Below, piece by piece: positions 49,281-60,176 of a DNA stretch of 64,000 bases. Positions within the stretch are counted from its first letter, which is position 1, and each line of letters starts with the position of its first letter. Origin of the DNA: Syntrophales bacterium (lineage in GTDB: Bacteria; Desulfobacterota; Syntrophia; Syntrophales; UBA4778). The stretch lies in assembly GCA_963665615.2 (NCBI GenBank), contig CAXXQE010000007.1, forward strand, positions 1 to 64,000, written 5' to 3'. The translations under genes and the position numbers were made by a program. A model generated the notes under the pieces. That model saw only the letters and a program-made list of their open reading frames with translations, was not told the origin of the DNA and ran no database searches.

Positions 49281-52200
49281 TTAGTGCAGGTTCACCGAGA
49301 CCATTGTGGAGATCCCCTTCTTCTCCATCGTGACGCCGAAGAGGTTGTCCGTGACCTCCATGGTGCGTTTATTGTGGGTAATCAGAATGATCTGAGAGGA
49401 TTTCGCAATATCGTGAATCAGCTGGTTGAAAAGGCCGACGTTGGTATCGTCGAGAGCCGCATCCACCTCGTCGAGAATCAGGAACGGCGTCGGACGATAG
49501 AGAATGATGGCAAAGATCAGGGCCACAGCAACCATCGACTTCTCGCCGCCGGACAGCAGTGTGAGGTTTTGCATTTTTTTGCCGGGGATCTGAACAATGA
49601 CCTCGACCCCCGCCTCCAGCACATCCTCTGCTTCCGTCAAACGAAGCTCCCCCTTGCCGCCGGGAAAGAGCTTGGGGAACGCCTGCTTGAAACACTGGTT
49701 GACCGCCTCGAAGGTTTCGGCGAAACGCTGACGAGAGATCCGGTTGATCCTGGAGATCGTTCGCTGAAGCGCTTCCAGAGAGGCGTTCAGATCGGCGAGC
49801 TGCGCGGTCAGGAAGTCGAATCGCTGCTGAAGACTGGCGTGTTCTTCAATAGCCAAAAGATTGACCTCGCCGAACGCTTCGACCGCCTTGCGGTTGATTT
49901 CGAGTTGCTTCACCAGTTCTTCCCGCTGTACGTCGTCGAGCCGTGTAAAATCGGGCAACAGAGTGGCCAGATCGATGAAGTACTTATCCTGGATGTCCTT
50001 GCGCAGGGTTTCGATTTGGAGTGTCGTTTTGTGCGACGCCATCTGCAGGTCGTTCATCCGTCTCAAGAGCTCTTCGAGGGTTGTCTTGACCGCGCGGGAC
50101 TCGGCCTCCATCTCGGCGATGACGGCTTCTTTCTCAGTCTTGAAGGCGCGTTCACGAGTCAGATCCGCTTCGACCTGTTCGTAGGTCGCGTAGCCGGCGC
50201 GGACGGCCTCCTCATCGCCGGCAATGCGAGCACCGAGCTCCGCCGTTTCCCTGTCGCAAGCCGCTGAGTCTTCGAGTCGCGCGTCGATTTCGGAGGCGAT
50301 ATTTTCGCGATCCGCCAAAAGCCGGGTCAAGGTTTTCGAGTCGGAATTACTTTTTTCCTCCAGCGAAGCCAGGTTGATCCTCTGCTCGGTGAGATTTCTT
50401 TCGAGTTCTTGTAAACGATTTCGCGAGCCCTCCCAAAAGTTTACCAGTTCCGAAATTTCGGAGGTGAAGGTTTGGTTGTTCGCCTCGTTGACGGCTAACT
50501 GCTCGCGCACTGACGCAATCTTGTTCACGGCATCCTGTTGTTCGTGCGCCAGATTCTGATGATTGAACTGCAAAACGCTCAGGCGCTGCTCGATCCACTT
50601 CATCTCGTTTTCGTAGCGCTCGATATCCTTCTTCTTGGAATTCGTGCCGATTTCGAGATCGCGCAAGGTAGAACGAATTTCCTGGAGTTCGTCTTCCCAA
50701 TCGCCGATATTGGCTTCGATCCGGTTCCGCGCAGTCGTTTCTGCGTCAAGCCCTTTGCTGCGTTCCTCGATCTGCTGCTGCAGCTCGGCCATCTCTCGCT
50801 TGTTCTTGAGCATACCTGTGGCGGCGCCTTGACTGGTATTGCCGCCCGTCAGTACGCCCTGCGGGCTGATGAGATCTCCTTCGGGGGTGACCATGGTGCC
50901 GGAAAAACCGTTGCGACGCCACAGTGAGATGCCGTGGGAGAGGTTCTGGATCAACAGGACGTCGCCGAGGAGATAATCGGCGATGCTTTTGAAATCCTCA
51001 TGGACATTGATCACGTCGATAAGTTTAACGACATTGTCTTGCTGGCCAACGGATTCGATGCCCTTGACGTTGTTGCGAACTTCCAGAGGCACGAAGCTGC
51101 CACGACCGGCAGCGGTGGTCTTGAGATAATCAATGGCCTTGGCACCGTCCTCCGCCTCCTTGACGACAAGGTACTGGAGCTTGTCTCCCAGGACGGCTTC
51201 GACCGCCGTTTCGTATTGTTGCGGGACGTTGATGTGATCAGCAACCAGACCATAGACGCCCGCACAGGTGAGTTGCGCCTCTTTGCTGGCCTTTAAAATG
51301 GATCGGGCACCCTCGTTGCACCACTCCAGGCCGTCGTGGAATTCTTTGAGCGAAAGCAGACGGGCCGATTTTTTTCCCAGATCGTCCCGGAGCGCTGCGA
51401 TCCGTTCGTCGGCCGCTTTGAGCTGCGCCCGTGCACTGTCCAGGTCATTGCGAACCACACGCTGGCGTTCCTCTGCCATTTCGAGGTTGTCGAATTCCTC
51501 TTGGAGTTCGGCATTCAACGCCTCGAGACGATCTTCAACGGACTGGCGCTTGGCATTGTTTTCGCCGATTTCGCGGTTATCGTGCTCAGCGCGCCTCTTG
51601 AAGTCTTCGATGCTTCGCTCCAGGCCGGACAGGGTGTTGTTCAGCCGTGCGTGCTCTGCTGCGAGGGAGACCTGGCTCGCCTTTTTCTCGTCGAGATGGC
51701 GTTGGCTATCCCGTTCGCGGGCGCGCTCTTCATCCGCCACGGTCTGCAAGGCGGCGATCTGCTGCCGGAGGTTTTCCACGGCGCCCGCCGATTCGGCAAC
51801 GAGCCGCTCCAGGACATCGATTTCTTCGAAGACCGTCGTCTGGCGTTCGCGCAGCAGTTTCGCTTCGGTCTGGCTTTTCTGCGATTGCGCCGCCAGCTCC
51901 TCCAGCTTTTTTTTGGAAAAGGCTATGGCCTGTTCTCTAATGCCGATGTCGTTTTTGAGGTGATAGAGTTGTTCCTGGAGGCGGTTCTCTTCATGGTCAT
52001 GAAGACCGGCACGGGCCTGTTCGATGTCGTTTTCGATTTGGCGAATTCTGGCGCGCGATGCGACCTCTTCGGCATTTAATTGTTCAAGGCTACCGCGGGA
52101 GGCTTCGAGATCGTCTATCAAGGCCGAGAGGGCTTCAAGTGCCAGGGCCGTCTCAGCGTCCTTGATGTCCTTCTTCATGATCTTATATTTTTCGGCCCGT

Positions 52201-52838
52201 TTGGCCTGGCGAGAGACACTGTTTAGCTGGGACTTTACCTCGCGCAGGATATCGTTCAGACGGAGGACATTCTGCTTGGTGGACTCCATTTTCCGAACGG
52301 CGGCTTCTTTGCGGCTTTTATATTTCGTGATACCGGCCGCCTCTTCAATGTACTGGCGCCGTTCTTCCGGCTTCGCCTCGGCGTAGCTGGTCACGCTGTT
52401 TTGCTCGACCAGAGAATAGGTTCTGGCGCCGACACCGGTGTCCATGAAGAATTCCCGGATATCCAGCAGGCGGCAGGGCACTTTGTTGATAAAGTATTCG
52501 CTCTCCCCTTCGCGATAGACGCGTCGGGAGATCATGACTTCGTTGAATTCGGCGTAATCGGTTGGAAAGTTGATACCGTCGTTGGCGAGTATCATCGTCA
52601 CCTCGGCCATGTTGACCGCCGCCGCCTCTTCGCTGCCGGAGAAGATAACGTCCTCCATCTTTTTCCCACGCAGCAGGCGCGCGTTCTGCTCCCCCATGAT
52701 CCAGCGCAGGGCATCCACAACGTTGCTCTTGCCGCAGCCGTTCGGGCCGACGATACCGCTGACACCGTTGGAAAAATCAAAGCTGACTTTGTCCTTGAAA
52801 GATTTGAAACCGAGAATTTCAAGTTTTTTTAGCTTCAT
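49281..52838 (-). CDS. smc: Chromosome segregation protein SMC
   Basis: GFKSF, GPNGCGKSN, hinge domain, coiled coils, LSGGEK, ILDEVDAALD. Confidence 0.97.
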   Translation of the reverse strand: MKLKKLEILGFKSFKDKVSFDFSNGVSGIVGPNGCGKSNVVDALRWIMGEQNARLLRGKKMEDVIFSGSEEAAAVNMAEVTMILANDGINFPTDYAEFNEVMISRRVYREGESEYFINKVPCRLLDIREFFMDTGVGARTYSLVEQNSVTSYAEAKPEERRQYIEEAAGITKYKSRKEAAVRKMESTKQNVLRLNDILREVKSQLNSVSRQAKRAEKYKIMKKDIKDAETALALEALSALIDDLEASRGSLEQLNAEEVASRARIRQIENDIEQARAGLHDHEENRLQEQLYHLKNDIGIREQAIAFSKKKLEELAAQSQKSQTEAKLLRERQTTVFEEIDVLERLVAESAGAVENLRQQIAALQTVADEERARERDSQRHLDEKKASQVSLAAEHARLNNTLSGLERSIEDFKRRAEHDNREIGENNAKRQSVEDRLEALNAELQEEFDNLEMAEERQRVVRNDLDSARAQLKAADERIAALRDDLGKKSARLLSLKEFHDGLEWCNEGARSILKASKEAQLTCAGVYGLVADHINVPQQYETAVEAVLGDKLQYLVVKEAEDGAKAIDYLKTTAAGRGSFVPLEVRNNVKGIESVGQQDNVVKLIDVINVHEDFKSIADYLLGDVLLIQNLSHGISLWRRNGFSGTMVTPEGDLISPQGVLTGGNTSQGAATGMLKNKREMAELQQQIEERSKGLDAETTARNRIEANIGDWEDELQEIRSTLRDLEIGTNSKKKDIERYENEMKWIEQRLSVLQFNHQNLAHEQQDAVNKIASVREQLAVNEANNQTFTSEISELVNFWEGSRNRLQELERNLTEQRINLASLEEKSNSDSKTLTRLLADRENIASEIDARLEDSAACDRETAELGARIAGDEEAVRAGYATYEQVEADLTRERAFKTEKEAVIAEMEAESRAVKTTLEELLRRMNDLQMASHKTTLQIETLRKDIQDKYFIDLATLLPDFTRLDDVQREELVKQLEINRKAVEAFGEVNLLAIEEHASLQQRFDFLTAQLADLNASLEALQRTISRINRISRQRFAETFEAVNQCFKQAFPKLFPGGKGELRLTEAEDVLEAGVEVIVQIPGKKMQNLTLLSGGEKSMVAVALIFAIILYRPTPFLILDEVDAALDDTNVGLFNQLIHDIAKSSQIILITHNKRTMEVTDNLFGVTMEKKGISTMVSVNLH

Positions 52839-53031
52839 TACGGAGATGTTTCCTCGTTGTTGACTCTCCCGACGCTGCTTTTGAGAGTCTAGGATTCCCA
52901 AGGCAATCGTTTTGACGGGATCCGCGCGATATCCCTTCCGCAGGCCAAATCACTACGCCGGTGATCTGACTTGGAATAACTGCGAATATACGGCGATTTT
53001 TAACAGAACAACATGGCTTTGTAAAGTGAAA

Positions 53032-53078
53032 ATACCATAAAATGTGTAACTAGAAAAGGAAACCACAATATATGGTAT
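53032..53078. promoter_or_regulatory. Tandem NrdR-box-like sites upstream of smc
   Basis: ATACCATAAAATGTGT (53032-53047) and CCACAATATATGGTAT (53063-53078), starts 31 bp apart. Confidence 0.55.
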
Positions 53079-53334
53079 TAGGTCCGGGATTGCCAAAATG
53101 GATTTTTTCTCCCATTTTGTATTGGAAGAGATTGAAACTGCTCCTTAAATGTCTCTGGTATGCGATAGCGTCCGCTGAGGACGATATTTCTTGACACACA
53201 ATATCTATCCTCATAAACTAAACTATAGATAATTCATACACTATTTTCTCTTTTCTGACTTACAGTGTCTAGGGATTATATATATATTAACTTTTCAGTA
53301 TCCATAGTATCCGATCACCCATAAGGAGGGACCG

Positions 53335-56300
53335 GTGAGAATTTTGTACGTGGAAGATAATCCCGGGGATGCGGTTCTTTTGCGCCATGAGTTTTCTGAT
53401 ATGGCGCCTCATATACAGATTGAATGGGCAGCAACCTGTTCCGAAGCCATCGACAAACTGTCGGTCTGTGTAAACGAGACCCCCATCTACGATCTAGTGC
53501 TTACTGACATGCAACTTCCAGATGGTAGAGGGGTATCGCTCTTGCCTTATCTCCAGGAACATGGCCTGAATATTCCGTTAGTCGTTATCACGGGTTTTCA
53601 GGATCAGTTTTCTGCCGTCAGCTCCATCAAGGCCGGCGCCATTGATTATGTCGTCAAAAAAGAGGGTTATCTAAAAGACCTTCCCCGAACGCTCGATGCC
53701 GCGCTGATGCGCTACCGGACGGAAACAGCGCGCAAGGCAAATCGCATTAACGTTCTATACGCTTCAGCTAATCGGACAGAGATCGACGCCACGTTGAGAC
53801 ATTTCAATCTGTATGCGCCTTTTATCAGACTGAATAGTGTTTCCACTGCTAGCGCTGTGCTTAATCGTCTTGAGAAACTTTCCTCCGGGAGACCTGGTAC
53901 CAAGAACGATTCGATAGATGTGGTTCTGATAGATGAGTCGGTGGATATGCTGATCCTTGATCTGCTTAAGGAAATTCGCATTATTCGCCGGATTCAGATT
54001 CCGATTGTACTGATGTCAGATGAAAGCCAGTATGAGCTCGCCATGCAAGCCTTGCGCATCGGGGCTGATGATTATCTTGTAAAATCATCCGGCTATCTCT
54101 ATTCGCTGCCCATTTCCATTGAAAATGCTTTTAATCGGGCAAGGGTCGAAGCGGAGAAACAGGCCCTTCAGAAAAGCCAGGAATATTACCGCATGCTTCT
54201 CGAAAATGTTTCCGACATGATCGTGGTCAGTAATGCATCCGGCATTGTGACTTACTGCAGTCCATCGGTGCAGCGAACCCTGGGTTATATGTCCGATCAA
54301 TCATTGGGCGCCAACGTATTGGAAAAGATTTATCCAGGCGACCGCTCTAGCGTTTTCGATCAATATCATTCTTGTTTCCAGAATCTGGGGATGATCGTCG
54401 GTCCCCTTGAGTTTCGATACCGTCATGCAGATGGAACATGGCGCTGGATAGAAGCGCTGGGCATGGCAACGTTTGAACCGTCTGGAGAACCATTGGTCGT
54501 GAGTGTGGCGAGAGATATCACACAACGCATCGCTGCCCAAGAGGCTCTGTATAACAGTGAAGCCCGTCTCTCGGAAGCTGTAAAGATGGCTCGGATCGCT
54601 TACTGGGAGCTGGACCCGCTGGCTCGGCGTTTTATCTTTAATGATGCCTTCTATGATTTTTTCGGTACGACCGTCGAGATGGAGGGGGGGTATCAAATGA
54701 CGATTGACCAGTACAGGGATAGATATGTTTCCTCTGATGACTGGCAACGGTTCAATCAGGTCACGGCTGAAATATTGGCTGATCCATGCACGTTCAGGCA
54801 GTTTGAACACCGTATTATACGCCGCGATGGCGAGATTCGTCATTTATTGACCCGAGTCCAGTGCGGCCAAAATGCGTCGGGTGATCTTGTCAGGGCATTC
54901 GGAACAAGTCAGGATATCACCGATCGTATAAAGATGGGGGCGGCATTACAGCAGTCGGAGAGCCAATACAGAAGCCTTGTGGAGAACCCAGTTATCGGCA
55001 TATTCATTGCTCAGGATCAAATCATTCGCTATGCAAATAAAAGATGTTGTGAACTGCTCGGATTTGATGCGGAAGAGATCATCGATACGCTGAACTTCAT
55101 GCAACTGCTGGACCCGGAGGACAGAAATCACTTTAAAGAGGCGGCTCGTGTTTTTAACGAAAAGCAGACACCCATTGAGGAAGAGGTCCGGATTACGAGA
55201 AAGGACGGAAAGGTTATTGTCGCAAAAGTTTTTGCCAACGCCATTACGTATCAAGGAAAATTGGCGGCAGCTGGCATTCTGATTGATAAAACACTGGAAA
55301 CGTCTTTGGAGAATCAGTTGCGACAATCCCAAAAAATGGAGGCTATCGGTACGCTCGCTGGAGGCATTGCTCACGATTTTAACAATATCCTGACGGCCCT
55401 TACAGGATACGGCTCTCTGCTCAAGATGGAGATGGAAAGTGGAAGGCCCGCCAGGATGGCCTATGTGGAGGCGATCCTGTCATCCTCGTTGAAGGCATCC
55501 AACCTGACGCAGGGGCTTCTGGCCTTTGCCAGACAGCAGGTAACGACGCTGAAGCCGATTGAGCTCAATGAGTGCGTGTCCGGCATCAAGAAAATGCTTG
55601 GACGCCTTCTCACGGAAGATATTACGCTGAGGCTCGATTTATGTCAGGAAAACACCGTCGTGATGGCTGACGTCGGCCAGATTGATCAAATTATTATCAA
55701 TCTGGCGGTCAATGCACGCGATGCCATGACGAACGGCGGTTGCCTGTCCATTGAAACGCGCTCTGTCAATCTTAGCCGAACGGACGCGGACATATACGGT
55801 CTGGAAGGGGCGGGTCGTTTCATCGAGCTATCTGTTTCAGATACGGGCATGGGAATGGAGGAAGCGATTAAGGAACGCATTTTTGAGCCCTTCTACACAA
55901 CAAAGGAACCGGGAAAAGGAACAGGTTTGGGACTCGCGACGGTGTACGGCATCGTAAAAAAACACAATGGAGGCATTTCCGTTTACTCAGAGAAAGGGCA
56001 GGGAACAATTTTTCGTATCTATCTGCCGGCTATCGATGCTTTGACAGAAGAACAGCCTAACAGCATGGCGTCGATGATAGGTGGAACGGAGACAATCTTG
56101 CTTGCCGAGGATGATGAAAGTGTCAGGGAAAGCATTGCGGCTTTACTTGAACGCTTTGGTTACACTGTTCTTCAGGCGGTAGATGGTGCGAACGCCCTGG
56201 AATTGTTCAAGGAGAATGTCTCACAGATCGACATTCTACTTTTCGATTCCGTGATGCCGAAAAAAAACGGCAGACAGGCCTATGATGAAATTCATCAGAT

Positions 56301-56451
56301 TGAGCCGGACATTAAGGTCATTTTTATGAGCGGCTATACCCGTGATGTGGTTCTTGACAAGGGAGTCGAAGAAAAACGTTTTGATTTTCTTTCTAAGCCT
56401 GTGTCCCATGACGTGCTGCTTGGAAAATTAAGAGAGGTTCTGAACAGATAA
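53335..56451 (+). CDS. Hybrid histidine kinase (REC-REC-PAS x3-HisKA-HATPase-REC)
   Basis: ILYVEDN..D receiver, second receiver, PAS/PAC motifs, AGGIAHDFNN, NLAVNARDAM, GTGLGL. Confidence 0.93.
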   Translation: MRILYVEDNPGDAVLLRHEFSDMAPHIQIEWAATCSEAIDKLSVCVNETPIYDLVLTDMQLPDGRGVSLLPYLQEHGLNIPLVVITGFQDQFSAVSSIKAGAIDYVVKKEGYLKDLPRTLDAALMRYRTETARKANRINVLYASANRTEIDATLRHFNLYAPFIRLNSVSTASAVLNRLEKLSSGRPGTKNDSIDVVLIDESVDMLILDLLKEIRIIRRIQIPIVLMSDESQYELAMQALRIGADDYLVKSSGYLYSLPISIENAFNRARVEAEKQALQKSQEYYRMLLENVSDMIVVSNASGIVTYCSPSVQRTLGYMSDQSLGANVLEKIYPGDRSSVFDQYHSCFQNLGMIVGPLEFRYRHADGTWRWIEALGMATFEPSGEPLVVSVARDITQRIAAQEALYNSEARLSEAVKMARIAYWELDPLARRFIFNDAFYDFFGTTVEMEGGYQMTIDQYRDRYVSSDDWQRFNQVTAEILADPCTFRQFEHRIIRRDGEIRHLLTRVQCGQNASGDLVRAFGTSQDITDRIKMGAALQQSESQYRSLVENPVIGIFIAQDQIIRYANKRCCELLGFDAEEIIDTLNFMQLLDPEDRNHFKEAARVFNEKQTPIEEEVRITRKDGKVIVAKVFANAITYQGKLAAAGILIDKTLETSLENQLRQSQKMEAIGTLAGGIAHDFNNILTALTGYGSLLKMEMESGRPARMAYVEAILSSSLKASNLTQGLLAFARQQVTTLKPIELNECVSGIKKMLGRLLTEDITLRLDLCQENTVVMADVGQIDQIIINLAVNARDAMTNGGCLSIETRSVNLSRTDADIYGLEGAGRFIELSVSDTGMGMEEAIKERIFEPFYTTKEPGKGTGLGLATVYGIVKKHNGGISVYSEKGQGTIFRIYLPAIDALTEEQPNSMASMIGGTETILLAEDDESVRESIAALLERFGYTVLQAVDGANALELFKENVSQIDILLFDSVMPKKNGRQAYDEIHQIEPDIKVIFMSGYTRDVVLDKGVEEKRFDFLSKPVSHDVLLGKLREVLNR

Positions 56452-56528
56452 GACGGGCGAATGCGATGGAGTCGGTGTTGGGTTGAGGATCAATTTTACA
56501 CTTTACTATACCCTTCAAGGAGGACGTC

Positions 56529-56987
56529 ATGGTGAAATGCGCCACCAAGAGGCCAGTGGAAATTTTGCTGGTCGAGGATAATCCGGGGGATGTGAGACTG
56601 ACCGTCGAATGTTTTAAAGAGGGAAAGATCTTCAATCATATTTCGGTTGTCAATGACGGTGAAGCGGCGATGGCGTACCTGAAAAATGAAGGCGACTACG
56701 CCGGTGCAATACGGCCGGATCTTATTCTGCTTGACCTGAATCTGCCCAAGAAAGACGGCCGTCAGGTGCTCAAAGAGATCAAAGATGACCCTGACTTGAA
56801 GACGATACCGGTTATTGTGCTGACGACATCCAAGGCGGAGCAGGATATTCTGAGCAGTTACCGCCTTCATGCAAATTGTTACTTGGAGAAGCCGGTGAAA
56901 CTCGATGATTTTCTCCGTCTTATTCAAATGATCGAGGAATTTTGGCTTTGCGTTGTTCGATTGCCGATGAACCAAAGTGACTGTTGA
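56529..56987 (+). CDS. Single-domain response regulator (Rcp1-like)
   Basis: [34 protein letters not shown]. Confidence 0.93.
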   Translation: MVKCATKRPVEILLVEDNPGDVRLTVECFKEGKIFNHISVVNDGEAAMAYLKNEGDYAGAIRPDLILLDLNLPKKDGRQVLKEIKDDPDLKTIPVIVLTTSKAEQDILSSYRLHANCYLEKPVKLDDFLRLIQMIEEFWLCVVRLPMNQSDC

Positions 56988-57440
56988 TGGTCGGTGACTA
57001 TTTCCCCCGCCGGGCATCGTCGTTTCGGCGGTGCTCGTCTTTCGCTTCCATATTCGTCCGGTTCCTGGCACACGGACCGTTTTTTTCTCTCACCCTGGTG
57101 CATCCCACCATTGTAGAAAATCGTGTATTGCGCCAGCGGTATATGGAACCGGGGCCCCTTGCCGTTCACTCCGGTTTCTTGCGGGCGTGGGCCGCGCATG
57201 GCTGGAGAGAGGGAGCCGTTTGAGCGTCACGGTAAAGTTAAAACGAGCCGGCTGACGGTTTTTAAGAAACGACCAGGCGAAAGCGGCAGAAAAAAGGATA
57301 AATTATTTACATTTAAGAAAACTCATGATAAGAAAATCCGTCTTTTTAAAAGTTATTTCGATAGGCGTTTGCAGTCTAACAACGGTGTTGTCATGCGGCT
57401 CCGCCTCATCATCATAGCGATTATTAGCGAGGAGACAGGT

Positions 57441-57818
57441 GTGATACTTTCCGATATCAAGGAAATACTTCAGGCAGAAGTCGTTGTTGGGGCGGATCAG
57501 CTAAATAAAGAAGTAACCGCCGCGTTTGCCGCGGATTTGATGAGCGATGTTCTGGCCTTCGCCAAGCCGGGTAGTCTTTTACTGACGGGACTGACGAATC
57601 CGCAAGTTGTTCGCACCTCCGATATCCTGGACATAGCTGCCATTATTATCGTACGGGGGAAAATACCGCCGTCACAGACTATCCAGCTAGCCGAAGAACT
57701 CAAAATCCCAATTCTCTCAACAAAATTTATCCTTTTTGAGGCCTCTGGAAAACTCTACGAACGGGGTATTGTGGGGTGCATCGATCAAACGATAGGTGTA
57801 GCACCGATATTGGCTTGA
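57441..57818 (+). CDS. DRTGG/HPr-kinase-N-like domain protein
   Basis: GTG start after GAGGAG; AADLMSDVLA, LLTGLTNPQVVRT, IVRGK.P. Confidence 0.85.
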   Translation: MILSDIKEILQAEVVVGADQLNKEVTAAFAADLMSDVLAFAKPGSLLLTGLTNPQVVRTSDILDIAAIIIVRGKIPPSQTIQLAEELKIPILSTKFILFEASGKLYERGIVGCIDQTIGVAPILA

Positions 57819-57921
57819 TGTAATTTTACAAACCGTTTCAGCAAATGGCTTCATGTTCGGTTGGCGCGTGAACATTCATGTGTTTCATCAATAGGTGTTA
57901 ACATGAGGAAAGGGATTTGCG

Positions 57922-58257
57922 ATGGAACTCCTGGAAATAGTCAAAGCCTTGAATCTTATAGCGAGGTGTTGTGAAGACGCGCTGGATGGCGAGGTTTGCA
58001 GGGGGTACGTTGGCGACCTTTTAAGTGACGTGATGGCCAACAGTCGCAAAGATGATGTCTGGATCACGCGTCAGATTCATCCAAACATTATTGCGGTTGC
58101 TGCGCTGAAGGAACACGCCGGAATCATCCTCATTCAGGGTGCAAAGGCGATGGACGAGACCATCGAAAAAGCAAAACAGGAAAATGTGCCGATTCTGGAA
58201 ACGGATCTGTCGGCTTATGAAATTGCCGGACGACTTTACAGGCTTTTAAATGTATAA
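57922..58257 (+). CDS. DRTGG domain protein
   Basis: GYVGDLLSDVMA, WITRQIHPNIIAVA. Confidence 0.85.
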   Translation: MELLEIVKALNLIARCCEDALDGEVCRGYVGDLLSDVMANSRKDDVWITRQIHPNIIAVAALKEHAGIILIQGAKAMDETIEKAKQENVPILETDLSAYEIAGRLYRLLNV

Positions 58258-58357
58258 CGGTTCCATATGATCTGCAGCCCTGATGGGCTGTAAGGGATAT
58301 TATTTTTTTGATAAAAAGAGGCTTAGGAAAGCCGGCCACAGGTCCTCGGAAGACACC

Positions 58358-59089
58358 ATGTTGAAGAAATTCCGCTGTGATCTTCATATACATACGTGCC
58401 TGTCTCCCTGTGCTGCTCTTGATATCTATCCCAGTGCCCTGGTCAAGCGGAGTATGGCAGTCGGCCTGGATGTCATTGCCGTCAGCGATCACAATGCCTC
58501 CGAAAATGTGCCTTATGTTATTGAGGCTGCAAAGGGAACACGGCTGATTGTTCTTCCGGGTATGGAAATTACGAGCCGTGAAGAAGTCCATACCCTGGCG
58601 ATCTTTGATAATCTTGAAGGGTTGTATAGCGTGCAACGGATTGTGTACGCTGCTTTAGGCGGATTGAACGATCCAGTGAGGTTTGGCGATCAGGCGATTG
58701 TCAATCAGCTTGATGAGGTCGAGGGATTCAATGAGAGGCTCCTCATCGGCGCAACCGATCTGACGCTTGAAGAGGTGGTGCTGAACGTTCGCGATGCGGG
58801 AGGGCTCGCCATCGCGTCTCACATTGATCGTGAAAGTTTCAGTGTCTTAAGTCAACTCGGGTTCATCCCGATGGATATCCGGTTCGATGCTCTCGAGATT
58901 TCGGCAAGGATGGGAAGACCCCGGGCGCGACAGTTTTACCCGGAATATGCCGACTATGCCTTGATCGAAAATTCGGATGCCCATTGTCTGCGCGATGTCG
59001 GTTCGGCATTTACCGATTTTTTACTGGAAGCGCCGACCGTTGCGGAGTTTAAACGCGCTTTCACTGAAATGAGGGACCCAAGGGACTAG
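58358..59089 (+). CDS. PHP-domain phosphoesterase
   Basis: DLHIHTCLSPC, SDHN, GMEI...EEVH, SHIDR, NSDAH. Confidence 0.9.
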   Translation: MLKKFRCDLHIHTCLSPCAALDIYPSALVKRSMAVGLDVIAVSDHNASENVPYVIEAAKGTRLIVLPGMEITSREEVHTLAIFDNLEGLYSVQRIVYAALGGLNDPVRFGDQAIVNQLDEVEGFNERLLIGATDLTLEEVVLNVRDAGGLAIASHIDRESFSVLSQLGFIPMDIRFDALEISARMGRPRARQFYPEYADYALIENSDAHCLRDVGSAFTDFLLEAPTVAEFKRAFTEMRDPRD

Positions 59090-59092
59090 GAC

Positions 59093-59644
59093 ATGATCCA
59101 ACTGGCCCTTCATATTTTGGATATTGTTGAGAATTCGACGCGCGCAGGCGCTAAACTCGTTACTGTGGACATTGCAGAAGATCTGCAACAGGACCTTTTG
59201 CGGATCGATATTGAAGACGATGGCTGCGGCATGAGTGACGAAGAGCTCAATCGTGTACTCGATCCGTTTTATACAACCAAGGAGGTCAGACGGGTCGGTT
59301 TAGGCCTGCCCCTGTTGTGTCAAGCGGCTCAGCAGTGTGGCGGGCGGTTCGATATCGTTTCAAAAGCGGGCAGCGGAACGAAGGTTCACGCCGAATTTCG
59401 ACACGGACACCTTGACCGCCAGCCCATGGGCGATATGGCTGGTGCAATAACGGCCCTGATAGCGGGCAATGCGGCTGTCGATTTTGTTTATCGTCATCAC
59501 AACGGGGATCAGGTTGCGTTGATCGACACGCGGGAGATAAAAAAGGAGATTGAAGGCGTACCGATCAACCACCCAGAGGTATTAAATTTTATTCGAGAGA
59601 AGATTGTGGAGAGTCTTGAAGACATTGGCATCAAGAATCAGTAA
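59093..59644 (+). CDS. HATPase_c (histidine-kinase-like ATPase) protein
   Basis: LHILDIVENS..AGA, DDGCGM, DPFYTT, VGLGLP, HLDRQPMG. Confidence 0.88.
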   Translation: MIQLALHILDIVENSTRAGAKLVTVDIAEDLQQDLLRIDIEDDGCGMSDEELNRVLDPFYTTKEVRRVGLGLPLLCQAAQQCGGRFDIVSKAGSGTKVHAEFRHGHLDRQPMGDMAGAITALIAGNAAVDFVYRHHNGDQVALIDTREIKKEIEGVPINHPEVLNFIREKIVESLEDIGIKNQ

Positions 59645-59662
59645 TTGAGCAAGGAGAAACGC

Positions 59663-60157
59663 ATGAAGAACAAGAATGAGGAATTGTTGAAGGAGTTCAG
59701 CCCGGAACAGATCGCGAAACTCGATGCAATTATCGAAAAATATAAGTCGAAACCGGGAGGTCTGATTCCTGTTCTGGAAGAGGCGCAGGTGGCGTTGGAG
59801 TATCTGCCCCTGTCCGCTCAGAAGAGGATCGCAGAAGGATTGAACCTGCCGCTGGCCCAGGTTTACGGTGTTGTTACGTTCTATTCCTTTTTTACCATGA
59901 AGCCGCGCGGGCGTCATACCGTTCGAGTTTGCCTCGGAACGGCTTGCTATGTGCGCGGCGGCAAAGGGCTTGCCGAACAGCTTGAAAAGACGTTCGGCGT
60001 GGCGGACGGCGATACCACGGAAGACAGACGATTTACATACGAGTCGGTACGCTGTCTGGGAGCCTGCGGTCTAGGGCCCGTCGTAGTGATCGACGACCAT
60101 GTACACGGCCGGCTTAAACCGACCAAACTCAAAGAAATTCTCAATCAATATCCATGA
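59663..60157 (+). CDS. NuoE/HydC-like [2Fe-2S] subunit
   Basis: VYGVVTFYSFF, VCLGTAC, RCLGACGLGP. Confidence 0.93.
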   Translation: MKNKNEELLKEFSPEQIAKLDAIIEKYKSKPGGLIPVLEEAQVALEYLPLSAQKRIAEGLNLPLAQVYGVVTFYSFFTMKPRGRHTVRVCLGTACYVRGGKGLAEQLEKTFGVADGDTTEDRRFTYESVRCLGACGLGPVVVIDDHVHGRLKPTKLKEILNQYP

Positions 60158-60176
60158 TCATAGTGAGGGGATGAAA

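Noticed and set aside
56984..57440. ORFs between the response regulator and the first DRTGG gene
   Set aside because: Several overlapping frames without motifs or clear RBS; the DRTGG domain starts at GTG 57441
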